In this document: piece after piece, positions 45,742-54,954 of the stretch
Position numbering within the stretch: position 1 is the stretch's first letter
How the letters are laid out: every line of letters starts with the position of its first letter
Assembly: GCA_965283845.1 (NCBI GenBank)
Contig: CBDIQD010000014.1
Coordinates: 13,416 to 77,415, forward strand
Source of the DNA: Sphingomonadaceae bacterium
Lineage (GTDB): Bacteria > Pseudomonadota > Alphaproteobacteria > Sphingomonadales > Sphingomonadaceae
Direction of reading: 5' to 3'
Length of the DNA stretch: 64,000 nt
Program-made: the position numbers and the translations under genes
The notes under the pieces: model-generated
What the model was told of the DNA's origin: nothing
The model's database searches: none
The model's input: the letters and a program-made list of their open reading frames with translations, nothing else

Positions 45742-45817
45742 CGTCGCCCCCGCGAAGGCGGGGGCCGCCGTCGGCGTAGCGCAAACCCTCCAGCGCCCCC
45801 GCCTTCGCGGGGCGACG
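45742..45817. repeat. CGTC-type REP dimer
   Basis: CGTCGCCCCCGCGAAGGCGGGGGC...GCCCCCGCCTTCGCGGGGCGACG. Confidence 0.85.
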
Positions 45818-45822
45818 TGCTT

Positions 45823-46257
45823 TTAGTGCAGCACGAAACCCATGAACGCATGGACGCACAGCGCGAGCAGTGCGAGGCTCGCCAGCGCGAACACCGCAAA
45901 GCGCCACAATACGCGGTTCACGGTGACCTGGATCAGGCTGTGGAGTATCCGCAGACCGACATAGGCCCAGGCGATCTGGGCGTTGAGCCCACCGCCCATA
46001 CCGCCGATCGCGAGCGCCAGCGCGACGGCGTAGAATACCGTCGGCTGTTCCATCAGATGGTTATAATTATGCGCCTTCCACTGCACGTTCGGCGGCAGCA
46101 CGTCGTCGAGGCCGCGGCCGGTCGTGCCGACGAGGTTCTTGGCGTCGATCTTGGCTTTCTGCATCGCGGGGATACGCGTCGCGTACATCCAAACCCACAT
46201 GATCATCGACCAGAGCGCGAGCGTCGCGACCGGGCCTAGAATTGCATTGCTTTCCAT
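45823..46257 (-). CDS. MAPEG family membrane protein
   Basis: NYNHLMEQPTVFY, AWAYVGLRILHS. Confidence 0.9.
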   Translation of the reverse strand: MESNAILGPVATLALWSMIMWVWMYATRIPAMQKAKIDAKNLVGTTGRGLDDVLPPNVQWKAHNYNHLMEQPTVFYAVALALAIGGMGGGLNAQIAWAYVGLRILHSLIQVTVNRVLWRFAVFALASLALLALCVHAFMGFVLH

Positions 46258-46270
46258 ATTGTCTTCCCCC

Positions 46271-46703
46271 TCAACCCAATGTGGCGATCACCGCCAGCAA
46301 CGCCAGTACGAATAAGCAGACTGTCGATAGTCCGAAAATGGCAAAGCGAACCGGGACCCGGTTCACCGTCGCCTGCCACAGGCTGTGCACGATACGCAGC
46401 ACGACATAGGCCCACGCCAGCCCGCGCGGTCAGGTCGGTGCTGCCGCCAGGCAGATGCAGGAACAGGATGACGGCGTAGAACAAGGTCGGCTGTTCGAGC
46501 AGATGCGTATAATTGTGCGATTTCCAGTTGGTGAGCGGCGGCAGAACGCCTTCCAGATCGACCCCGCGCCCGCCTGGAGGCGCGGCCTTGAGATCGATCC
46601 CGGCTTTGCCGAACGCCTGAAACCGCGTCGTCGCGGCCCAGATCAGCATGATGAGTGTCCACAGCGCGAGAACCGCGCCGGGCGCGAGCAGATTTTCAGG
46701 CAT
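46271..46703 (-). CDS. MAPEG family membrane protein, second copy (frameshift near 46425)
   Basis: NYTHLLEQPTLFY, then AWAYVVLRIVHS in the shifted frame. Confidence 0.85.
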
Positions 46704-46767
46704 ATCGTTCCCCTTGGTATTTTCGCGCGATGCTAAGCCGCGCGCGCGACAATGCAACGATCGATGT

Positions 46768-47929
46768 TCAACCCCGACGTTCGGCCAGCTCGGCGCGGAT
46801 CGCGGCGCCGTCGCCGTCGATGCGCGGCGCAAAGCCCAGGTCTGCCGCGGGCGCCGCGCCATATTTCACCGGCGGCTGCATTTCGTGAAAGGCGCCGACG
46901 TCGGGGTGGGTGCGATGGCGGAAGAAACCGGTTGCGACGAAATGCGGATCCTCCTTGACGTCCTGCAGGTCACGCGCGGCCATCGCGGGGATGTCGTTGG
47001 CGGCGAACAGCGTCAGCCATTCTTCCGTCGTTCGCGCCGGGGTTTTGCGCGCGATCTTCGCCGTAAACGATCGGCATAGGCTTGCCCGCTGCCTTGGCGG
47101 CTTCGAATTCTGGGGTTTCGGTCAGTCCCTCGCTGCCGAGCAGCCTCATCAATCGCGCCGTCGATTCTGGGGTGTAGGGGATCGATGGCCAGATAGCCGT
47201 CGCGGGTCGGAAAGGGCTGGCAGGCCGTGATCGAGCATGGCGCAGGATGAGGAAGGGGCCGAAGACGTTGGGGTCGTTGAAGGTGCCCTTGGCGCGGCCA
47301 TAGAGGGTGAAGAGGTCGAACGCCCTCGGGAACAGCCGGAAATACCCGGCGATGCCGCAGACCGCGGCGATCAGCGCGGCGAGGATCGCTTGGGCGCCGA
47401 ACTGGCCCGCGATCTTGTCGGCGATCAGCGAGGGGAAATAGCGCGGACGCGGATCCCCATCGACGCGGGGAAGCAGGCTGGTAGTGCCGGTGGCGGCCTG
47501 AATGACATCGTCATAAGCTTGCAGGTCGGCATAGGGGCCATCCTGCCCGAAACCGGTGCCATGGACATATATGATATGGTCCTTGATCGCCTTGCAGCCC
47601 GCATAGTCGAAACCCAGCTTAGCGATCGCCTTGCCGCGGACGTTGTGGAAAAACACGTCGGCGCCGGCGACCAAGTCGCGCAGCACCGCGGCATCCTCAG
47701 GCTTTTTAAGATCGAGCGCGATCGAGCGTTTGCCGCGGTTCACGGTCAGGTGGATCGACCCCATCGTCGGATCGGGAACGCCGCTGCCCAGATAGCGCGA
47801 AATGTCGCCGATGCCCGGCGTTTCGACCTTGATTACGTCGGCGCCGAGATCGGCGAGCATTTGCGTCGCATAGGGGCCGAAGATGACGGTGGTCAGGTCG
47901 ATGATGCGGATGCCGGTCAGCATGGCCAT
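46768..47929 (-). CDS. CaiB/BaiF family III CoA-transferase (chimeric middle, frameshifts)
   Basis: GIRIIDLT..IFGP...LADLGADVIKVE, NRGKRSI, AYDDVIQA; C-terminus in ORF 46768..46983. Confidence 0.85.
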
Positions 47930-48032
47930 GCAAGAATTCCGATGATCACGCCGTTCTCCCCTGTTCGTCTTTCCGCGAGGATAGAATGATTGCGAAGTGA
48001 AACGGAAGAGCGGAGTGGCGCATGGACAATAT

Positions 48033-48569
48033 TTATTCCGGCGGGCTGGCGCCGAGCAAATCTTCGATGAACAGCGACGTCAGCATAGCCTGGCTGCTGA
48101 CTCCGGCCTTGGCGTAGATCTGGCTGAGCTGCGAGCGCACCGTTCCGGTTGCAGCGCCGCGCAACCGGGCGATTTCTGCGACGTCGCAGCCTTTGAGGGC
48201 AAACAGCGCGACGTCGCCTTCACCGGGCGTCAGAGCCCATTCGGCGAATCGGAGCGCGATATGTTCGGCCAGCGCGCCGCGAGCGGCGGCAAGGGCACGG
48301 TTCTGCCGGCGCAATTCGGCGTGAACCCGGCGGATGTATCGCGATCCCATGACCACGCCAGCCGCCAACGCAAAGGCGACCAGACATTCCATGACGATCT
48401 CGGCGTCGAACCCCCGGCTTGCCTGCGCAATCAGGTCATCGATCCCATCGACAACGAAATAGATCGCCGCAACCGCTTGCAGCATGAGGATCGCGGCGGG
48501 GAACGCCAAGCGGCGATCGACCAATAGCTTGGTCGACAGGGCAGACAGGTTCGCGTCGGATCGAGGCAT
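48033..48569 (-). CDS. LuxR-type HTH regulator with two N-terminal transmembrane helices
   Basis: Two hydrophobic segments; WALTPGEGDVALFALKG...EIARLR...TVRSQLSQIYAK. Confidence 0.82.
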   Translation of the reverse strand: MPRSDANLSALSTKLLVDRRLAFPAAILMLQAVAAIYFVVDGIDDLIAQASRGFDAEIVMECLVAFALAAGVVMGSRYIRRVHAELRRQNRALAAARGALAEHIALRFAEWALTPGEGDVALFALKGCDVAEIARLRGAATGTVRSQLSQIYAKAGVSSQAMLTSLFIEDLLGASPPE

Positions 48570-48674
48570 ATAACTCCCGCTTATATCGAGGGGTTTGAGC
48601 GCCTGCTTATAGGCGCGGCCTGGCTATCGGGCAAAGCAGCCATATCCGATGACATAGGCAGGAGCGCTTTCCCG

Positions 48675-49442
48675 ATGAACGATGCAATGGAGTATACTCC
48701 GACCAAGGTCCCGGCGGTGACGTTGGGTTTCTGGGCCATCAAGATTCTGGCGACCACCTTCGGCGAAACGGCGGGCGATACTGTCAGCATGTCGATGAAT
48801 CTGGGCTATCTCGTCGGCACCGCGGTTTTTGCTACCATCCTAATCGCGCTTGTCGCGATGCAGATTCGGGCAAAGCAATTCCAACCCTTTCTCTATTGGG
48901 CGACGATCATAGCTTCGACCACCGCCGGGACGACAATGGCCGATTTCGCCACGCGCTCGCTTGGCATCGGCTACCCTGGCGGGTCGCTGTTGCTGTTGGG
49001 CATGGTCTTCGCGTCGTTGGCCATCTGGCATCGCGCACTCGGCAGCATCTCGGTGGACTCGGTGCACGAGCCGAAAGCAGAACTCTATTACTGGCTGACC
49101 ATCACCTTCTCGCAGACGTTGGGCACCGCGCTTGGCGATTGGGTTGCCGACGGGCGGCTCGGCTATCTCGGTGCCGGGGTCATATTCGGGGCGCTGCTCG
49201 TGCTGTTGGCGCTCGCCTATTACCGGACGGCGATCAGCCGGGTGGCGCTGTTCTGGGCGGCGTTCATCCTGACCCGCCCGCTTGGCGCCGTGGTCGGCGA
49301 CTTCCTCGACAAGCCGGTATCGCACGGGGGTCTGGAACTGAGCCGGGCCGGCGCTTCGCTTGTCCTCGGAATAGCGATCACCGTGTTGATCCTTGCTATT
49401 CCACAACGCGCGGGCGGACGGGAGCCGGCATATTCCGGATGA
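48675..49442 (+). CDS. COG4705 (DUF347-repeat) membrane protein
   Basis: KVPAVTLGFWAIKILATTFGETAGD, QTLGTALGD, FWAAFILTRPLGA. Confidence 0.85.
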   Translation: MNDAMEYTPTKVPAVTLGFWAIKILATTFGETAGDTVSMSMNLGYLVGTAVFATILIALVAMQIRAKQFQPFLYWATIIASTTAGTTMADFATRSLGIGYPGGSLLLLGMVFASLAIWHRALGSISVDSVHEPKAELYYWLTITFSQTLGTALGDWVADGRLGYLGAGVIFGALLVLLALAYYRTAISRVALFWAAFILTRPLGAVVGDFLDKPVSHGGLELSRAGASLVLGIAITVLILAIPQRAGGREPAYSG

Positions 49443-49458
49443 TAATGATAGCTCGTTC

Positions 49459-50644
49459 CTACTCAATCAGGACGACGCCGGGAGGCTGGTCTATGTTTCG
49501 CCGGCGGCGGGAAGGCGGGCGAGCAGCGCGACCAGCTGCGCCTGGCTGGTCGCGCCGGTTTTCCGGAAAATGCCTTTGAGCAGGAAGCGGACGGCGTTCA
49601 GGCTGACGGCGCGCTGTGCGGCATAGCTCTGGAGCGTTTGCCCCCCGGCGAGCGCGACCGCGAGCCGGGCTTCCGCCGGGGTCAAGGCGAACCATTGCGC
49701 GACCCGATCGATCTCGACCACGGGCGTTTCGCCCGGCGCGCTGCCCAAGGTCACGATCAGCGACGCGCCAGCGCTGAAGCCGCCGATCTGCTCCGCCGAT
49801 TGCGGGGTTATCCGGGCGACGAGCACCGGACATTCGGCCCCCGACGTGCCGACCGCTTGGAAGGCAAGTCCAGCCGGTTTGTCGTTCCTGACCAGATCGA
49901 GCAGCCTTTTTTGGCTGGCCGGGTGAACGAAGGCGAAGCGATCATGCGCAATATGGATGACCCCCGCATCCTCATATCGCCCGGCGCGGCTGTTGGCGGC
50001 GAGGATGTTCAACTGATCGTCGAGGCTGAAGATCGCGAAGGGCGCGGCGGCGGCGGCCGCGCGCGCCGCGCCGACGGCGAGTTCCGGCTGGGTCCGCTCG
50101 GTGATCGCAGCCTCGCTGGGGACGCGGACGCGCGCATGCGCAGCGGCTTTAGCGTTTCGACATCCCGGTCCCCGGGACCGGGCAGCATCAAGCCCAGCCG
50201 TTCGCCGCCGCGCCGGTCGAGCAGGACACAGATCATCCGATCGATGCCCCACGGCGCCAGGAAATTCCGGAAAAAGTCCGACTCCGAAAATTCTTCGCGG
50301 GTCACGATGTCGTTGCTGTCGACCACGCTGCCATTGCCATAGCGCATCAGTTTGCGCGACCACGGGTGGTTTCCGGCATAGACGGCGGCGTAGATTTCCT
50401 GCACCCCGGCGGCGAGCCCGGTCGCCGCGACAAAGCGCGCGCGCGGTGGGTTGCTGCCCTCCCACATGATGAACGCCGCTTCCCAGCTGAGCGGGCACAA
50501 GGCCGCAGTTATCCGGGCGAGCGTCTCATTCCAGCGCTCGGGCTGGAGGATCGAATCATAGATCAGCCCGATCAGCGCGTTCAGCGTTTCCCATTCGTCG
50601 GGTGCGTTATGACCCGGCGCAAAGATCGGAGCATCGATCGTCAT
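49459..50644 (-). CDS. Sensor-domain (GAF/PAS-like) plus LuxR-HTH regulator (frameshifted)
   Basis: LIGLIYDSILQPERW N-terminus; C-terminal FALTPAEARLAVALAGG...IFRKTGATSQAQLV. Confidence 0.8.
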
Positions 50645-50782
50645 GCGCTTCCCCACAGCTGGCACGATTTGATCGTGCAGCCGCCAGCGTTACATCAAAA
50701 TGGGAACGGAAAAAGCGCAAAAAAATGGTTCCGCTACTCGAACGGGTAGTGAAACGACGCCCTACATGGCGCATCTATCGGG

Positions 50783-50866
50783 GGCGACCCAAGGGCAGGA
50801 TGGTCTTGAAGAGGCCATCCTGCTCCATTCAGGCCCGTCGGCTCGACCCGGCGGGCTTCTTTTTTC
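50783..50866 (+). ncRNA. Candidate small RNA with intrinsic terminator
   Basis: 12-bp hairpin 50795-50823, then GC hairpin 50832-50856 plus T-run; no + strand gene upstream to explain the terminator. Confidence 0.4.
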
Positions 50867-50869
50867 ATA

Positions 50870-50908
50870 AAGAAAGGGTTGGCCGCATCGCTGCGCCAGC
50901 CCTTTCTT
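50870..50908 (-). terminator. Intrinsic terminator of the ornithine decarboxylase gene
   Basis: AAGAAAGGGTTGG...CCAGCCCTTTCTT hairpin just past the stop at 50927. Confidence 0.6.
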
Positions 50909-50926
50909 ATCGATCGCGGGATCGGT

Positions 50927-52121
50927 TCAGAACAGCTTGGTCACCGTCGCGCTGCGGCGCTCCTGTTCGACTTCGCCGGTATAGAGGCTCGCCATCGGCT
51001 CGTCGCTGACGACATGGGTCTCGTCGGCGCCAAAACCGTTGAACTTTGTCCGCATCGCGCAGCCATAGGCTCCCAGCATGCCGATTTCGATGAAATCGCC
51101 GGCCTTGATGTCGGACGGCAGGAAGAAGGGGCCGGTCATATGGTCGAGATCGTCGCAGGTCGGGCCATAGAAGCTGAACGGCATCATCTCGGCTTCGCTA
51201 TCCACGTTGCGCTGCAGCGACACGGGGAAACGCCAGCCAACGTGCGCGGCGTCGAACAACGCGCCATACGCACCGTCGTTGATGTACAGTTCGTCGCCGC
51301 GGCGCTTTTCGACGCGGACGATCAGCGAGCTATATTCGGCCGACAGCGCGCGGCCGGGTTCGCACCACAGTTCGGCGGAGTAGCTGATGGGCAGGCTTTC
51401 GAAGCTGCGGTGAATGGTGTCGAAATAGGCACCCAGCGGCGGGGGTTCCATCCCGGGATAGGTCGAGGGAAAGCCGCCGCCGACATCGATGATGTCGACG
51501 GTGACCGACGCCGCGACGATTGCGGCGCGGACGCGCTCCATCGCCTGCGCATAGGCATGCGGGGTCATCGCCTGGCTGCCGACATGGAAGCAGATGCCGA
51601 GCGCATCGGCGGCCTGACGGGTCGCCATCAGCAGTTCGACGACTTCATCGGCCTCGGCGCCGAATTTGGCGGCCAGGCTGAGCTTCGAATGATCCGACGA
51701 GACGCGCAGCCGGACGAGCAGGTTGAGATCGGCGGCGCCTTCGGTCGCACGGACGATCTTCTCAAGCTCGTCCATCGTGTCGAGCGAGAAGGTGCGCACG
51801 CCATGCTTCCAATAGGCTTCGGAAATCGCTTCCTCGGCCTTCACTGGATGCATGAAACATAGCGTCGCTTCGGGAAGCGTGCGCGCAGTCAGCCGCACCT
51901 CGGCGATCGAGGCAACGTCATAATGGGTGACGCCCGAGTCCCACAACACGCGCAGCAGGTCGGGCGACGGGTTCGCCTTGACCGCATACATGGTCGTGCC
52001 GGGAAACCGGTCGATGAAGAAACGCGCCGCGCGCGTGCGGCGTGCGGACGGACAAGCGTGACCGGTTCGTACCGGCGACAGAGCCTGAATCAGCCCAGTG
52101 CGTCAAGTGATGCTTGTGCAA
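50927..52121 (-). CDS. Ornithine decarboxylase (fold-type III PLP; frameshifts in the 5' part)
   Basis: YAVKANP, DVAS, KFGA, FHVGSQ, DVGGGF, EPGR, GPTCDDLD, GAYG; TTG start MHKHH at 52121. Confidence 0.9.
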
Positions 52122-52200
52122 CTCAAGGGACCCCCAAAAAAACAGAACAAACAACAAGGCTGCCTTGCGGTTATTGGAAGTCCCCCTGGGGCAGCGGATG
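52122..52200 (-). promoter_or_regulatory. Structured leader, speF/alpha-r45-like
   Basis: Minus strand GCTGCC...GGCAGC pairing followed by a U-rich tract, directly 5' of the decarboxylase. Confidence 0.45.
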
Positions 52201-52356
52201 AGCGCATTATGAAAAACAGGGGGGCGTCTGTAAAGCGATATCGTGCAGTTTTTTAGCTGAGGCGGTCCCGCGAACTCGGTCCAGTCGAACTGGCGTACAC
52301 AGGTCAATATCGCGGCGGCCGCGTGATGACGCTAGGTATGGAGTTATCCTCATGCG

Positions 52357-52382
52357 GTCATCCCGGCAAAGGCCGGGATGAC
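52357..52382. repeat. Short REP-like hairpin
   Basis: GTCATCCCGGC-AAAG-GCCGGGATGAC. Confidence 0.55.
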
Positions 52383-52387
52383 GAGTA

Positions 52388-54064
52388 TTGGAAAGTCGAC
52401 AGTTCATGGTCTCGCCCGCCGACGTCAATCACACCTTTGCCGACGCCGAATTGGACGATCTGCGCGCTTTTGGTACGGTCGAATCGCATCGCGCCGGCGA
52501 TCTTCTGGTCGCTGAGGGCACGATGGCGCCCGATTGCATCGTCACCTTGTCGGGACACACCGACATTTTTGCATCGACCGACGATGGATCGAAGCGGGTC
52601 GGGTGGATGGAGCGGGGGCAGTTTGCCGGCGACCTGTCGATCCTGACCGGTCAGCTGCATCTGTCGCGCGTCGAAATGGGCGTCGACGGCGAGATATTGC
52701 GCATCGCCCATGCCGATTTTCAGCGGCTGATCGCCGGCAATTCGCATTATTCGGACATCTTCATTCGCGTATTGTCGGCGCGGCGCGAGTTCAGCAACAG
52801 CCGCGGTTTTGCGGCGGTGATCGTGATCGGTCCGGCGATGGACCGCAGCGTCTATGCGCTGCGCGACCTGTTGATGAAGCATGGCGTCGCGCACCGCTGG
52901 TTCGATCCCGCCGATGGGCCGGTCGCGGGGCATTTGATGGCCGACCGCGGGCTGACCGCGGGCCAGTTGCCTGCGGTCATCCTGGGCGACGCCGATGTGC
53001 TGATCCAACCGACCGTCGAGCAGATGGCAGCGGCGCTGGGGCTGGACCTGCTGCCCGATGGCGCGACTGCCGATGTTCTGGTGGTCGGCAGCGGGCCGGG
53101 CGGGCTGGCGGCGGCGGTCTATGCCGCGTCCGAAGGGCTGACGGTGATCGCGATCGATGCGCTCGCCCCAGGCGGGCAGGCGGGGACGTCGTCGAAGATC
53201 GAAAACTACCTTGGCTTTCCGACCGGCATTTCGGGCAATGAACTGGCGCGGCGGGCGACGGTGCAGGCGCAAAAATTCGGGGCTCGGCTGGTCGCGCCAG
53301 TGCGCGCGGCCGCGATCGGCCGCGACGGCGAGGCATACTGCTTGAAACTGGCCGACGGGCGCAAGCTGCGGTCGCGCGCGGTGGTGATCGCCAGCGGCGC
53401 CCAATATCAGCGCCTGCCGATCGAGGGTATCGAGGCCTATGAAGGGCGCGGCATCTATTATGGCGCGACGCCGATGGAGGCGCAGCTATGCGGCAACGCC
53501 GAGGTGACCGTCGTCGGTGCGGGCAATTCGGCGGGGCAGGGCGCGATCTATCTCGCGGGGGTCGCCAGGAAGGTCTATGTCATTTTCCGGCGCGGCAGCC
53601 TGCGCGATACGATGTCCGAATATCTGGTCAAACGGCTGGAAGAGCATCCGAATATCGAGATCATATCGTCGACCGACGTCGTCGCCCTGCACGGCGAGGA
53701 TCAACTGGCGGGCCTGACCTATCGCTGCCGCGAAACGGGGGCCGAGGGGCATTGCGATTGTCGCTTTCTGTTCCTGTTCCTGGGCGCCAGCCCCAATACC
53801 GGCTGGCTGCCGAAGGAGATGGTGTGCGACGAGCGCGGCTTCGTCAAAACCGGCACCGACATCGCGCCGCTCGAACTGGTCCGCGCGGGCTGGTCGCTCG
53901 ACCGGATGCCGAGCCGGTACGAAACCAGCTGGCCGCGCATCTACGCGGTCGGCGACGTGCGCAAGGGATCGGTCAAGCGCGTCGCGTCGTCGGTCGGCGA
54001 GGGATCGGTGGTCGTCAGCGACATCCACAGCGCCCTCGCCGAGATTCAGTCCGCGAGCGATTAG
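52388..54064 (+). CDS. cNMP-binding domain plus thioredoxin reductase-like flavoprotein
   Basis: N-terminal cNMP-like domain; VVGSGPGGL, GGQAGTSSKIENYLGFP, VGAGNSAGQ, AVGDVR..SVKRVASSVGEG. Confidence 0.88.
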   Translation: MESRQFMVSPADVNHTFADAELDDLRAFGTVESHRAGDLLVAEGTMAPDCIVTLSGHTDIFASTDDGSKRVGWMERGQFAGDLSILTGQLHLSRVEMGVDGEILRIAHADFQRLIAGNSHYSDIFIRVLSARREFSNSRGFAAVIVIGPAMDRSVYALRDLLMKHGVAHRWFDPADGPVAGHLMADRGLTAGQLPAVILGDADVLIQPTVEQMAAALGLDLLPDGATADVLVVGSGPGGLAAAVYAASEGLTVIAIDALAPGGQAGTSSKIENYLGFPTGISGNELARRATVQAQKFGARLVAPVRAAAIGRDGEAYCLKLADGRKLRSRAVVIASGAQYQRLPIEGIEAYEGRGIYYGATPMEAQLCGNAEVTVVGAGNSAGQGAIYLAGVARKVYVIFRRGSLRDTMSEYLVKRLEEHPNIEIISSTDVVALHGEDQLAGLTYRCRETGAEGHCDCRFLFLFLGASPNTGWLPKEMVCDERGFVKTGTDIAPLELVRAGWSLDRMPSRYETSWPRIYAVGDVRKGSVKRVASSVGEGSVVVSDIHSALAEIQSASD

Positions 54065-54885
54065 TCCTGGAGGAACAAGAGCAGGTCCGAAGTCAGCCGC
54101 TTCTGCTCGGTCGCGAACAGGCCGTGCGGCTCGCCCTCATATTCGATGAGTTCGGCGCCGGGGACCGTGGCGGCCACGACGCGGCCGGTTGCGTCGATCG
54201 GCACCGTCTTATCAGCGGTGCCATGGATGACCAGCGTCGGCACGGTGAAGGACGCGAGGTCGGGTCGGAAGTCGGTGGTCGCAAACGCCTTGGCACAGGC
54301 GAGCGTCGGGCGAAGCCCGGCCTGCATGGCGAGGCGCCAAGCCCAATCGATCATTTCCTTGCTGACCGCTTTTGTTACTATGCCCTGGCCGTAGAAGTCC
54401 TTGAAAAATCCGGTGAAGAAATGCGCCCGGTCGTCGAGCATGCCTTGCGTCATTTCGTCGAAGGTTTCTTGCGGCACGCCGTGCGGGTTGTCGTCGGTCT
54501 TGAGCATATAGGGCACGACCGATCCGACCAGCGCGACGCGCGAGACCTTTGATGTGCCGTGGCGGGTGAGGTAGCGGGCGACTTCGCCGCCGCCCATCGA
54601 AAAGCCGACCAACGCTGCGGGTCCCTGAACGCCGGTGGCGGCGAGGACGTCGGCCAGATCGTCGGCGAGGCGGTCGTAATCATAGGGGCCGTCGGGCTGG
54701 TCCGATCGGCCGAAGCCGCGGCGATCGTAAGCGATGGCGCGATAGCCGGCATTGGCCAGCGCCTCCATCTGCGGATCCCAGCTGTCGCTCGATAGCGGCC
54801 AGCCGTGGATCAGCACGACCGGGCGTCCGGTCCCCCAGCTTTTGACGTAAAGGCGGACCTTGTCGCTGGTTTCGATCATCGGCAT
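54061..54885 (-). CDS. Non-heme chloroperoxidase/arylesterase-type alpha/beta hydrolase
   Basis: IHGWPLS, DRRGFGRS, GFSMGGGE, HGTAD, PHG. Confidence 0.9.
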   Translation of the reverse strand: MPMIETSDKVRLYVKSWGTGRPVVLIHGWPLSSDSWDPQMEALANAGYRAIAYDRRGFGRSDQPDGPYDYDRLADDLADVLAATGVQGPAALVGFSMGGGEVARYLTRHGTSKVSRVALVGSVVPYMLKTDDNPHGVPQETFDEMTQGMLDDRAHFFTGFFKDFYGQGIVTKAVSKEMIDWAWRLAMQAGLRPTLACAKAFATTDFRPDLASFTVPTLVIHGTADKTVPIDATGRVVAATVPGAELIEYEGEPHGLFATEQKRLTSDLLLFLQD

Positions 54886-54954
54886 CGGGATGGTCCTTTC
54901 TGGGGGAGGGGCCCAAGAAACGCCATGGATGTCAGAATGTTCCGGTCGATCGGG

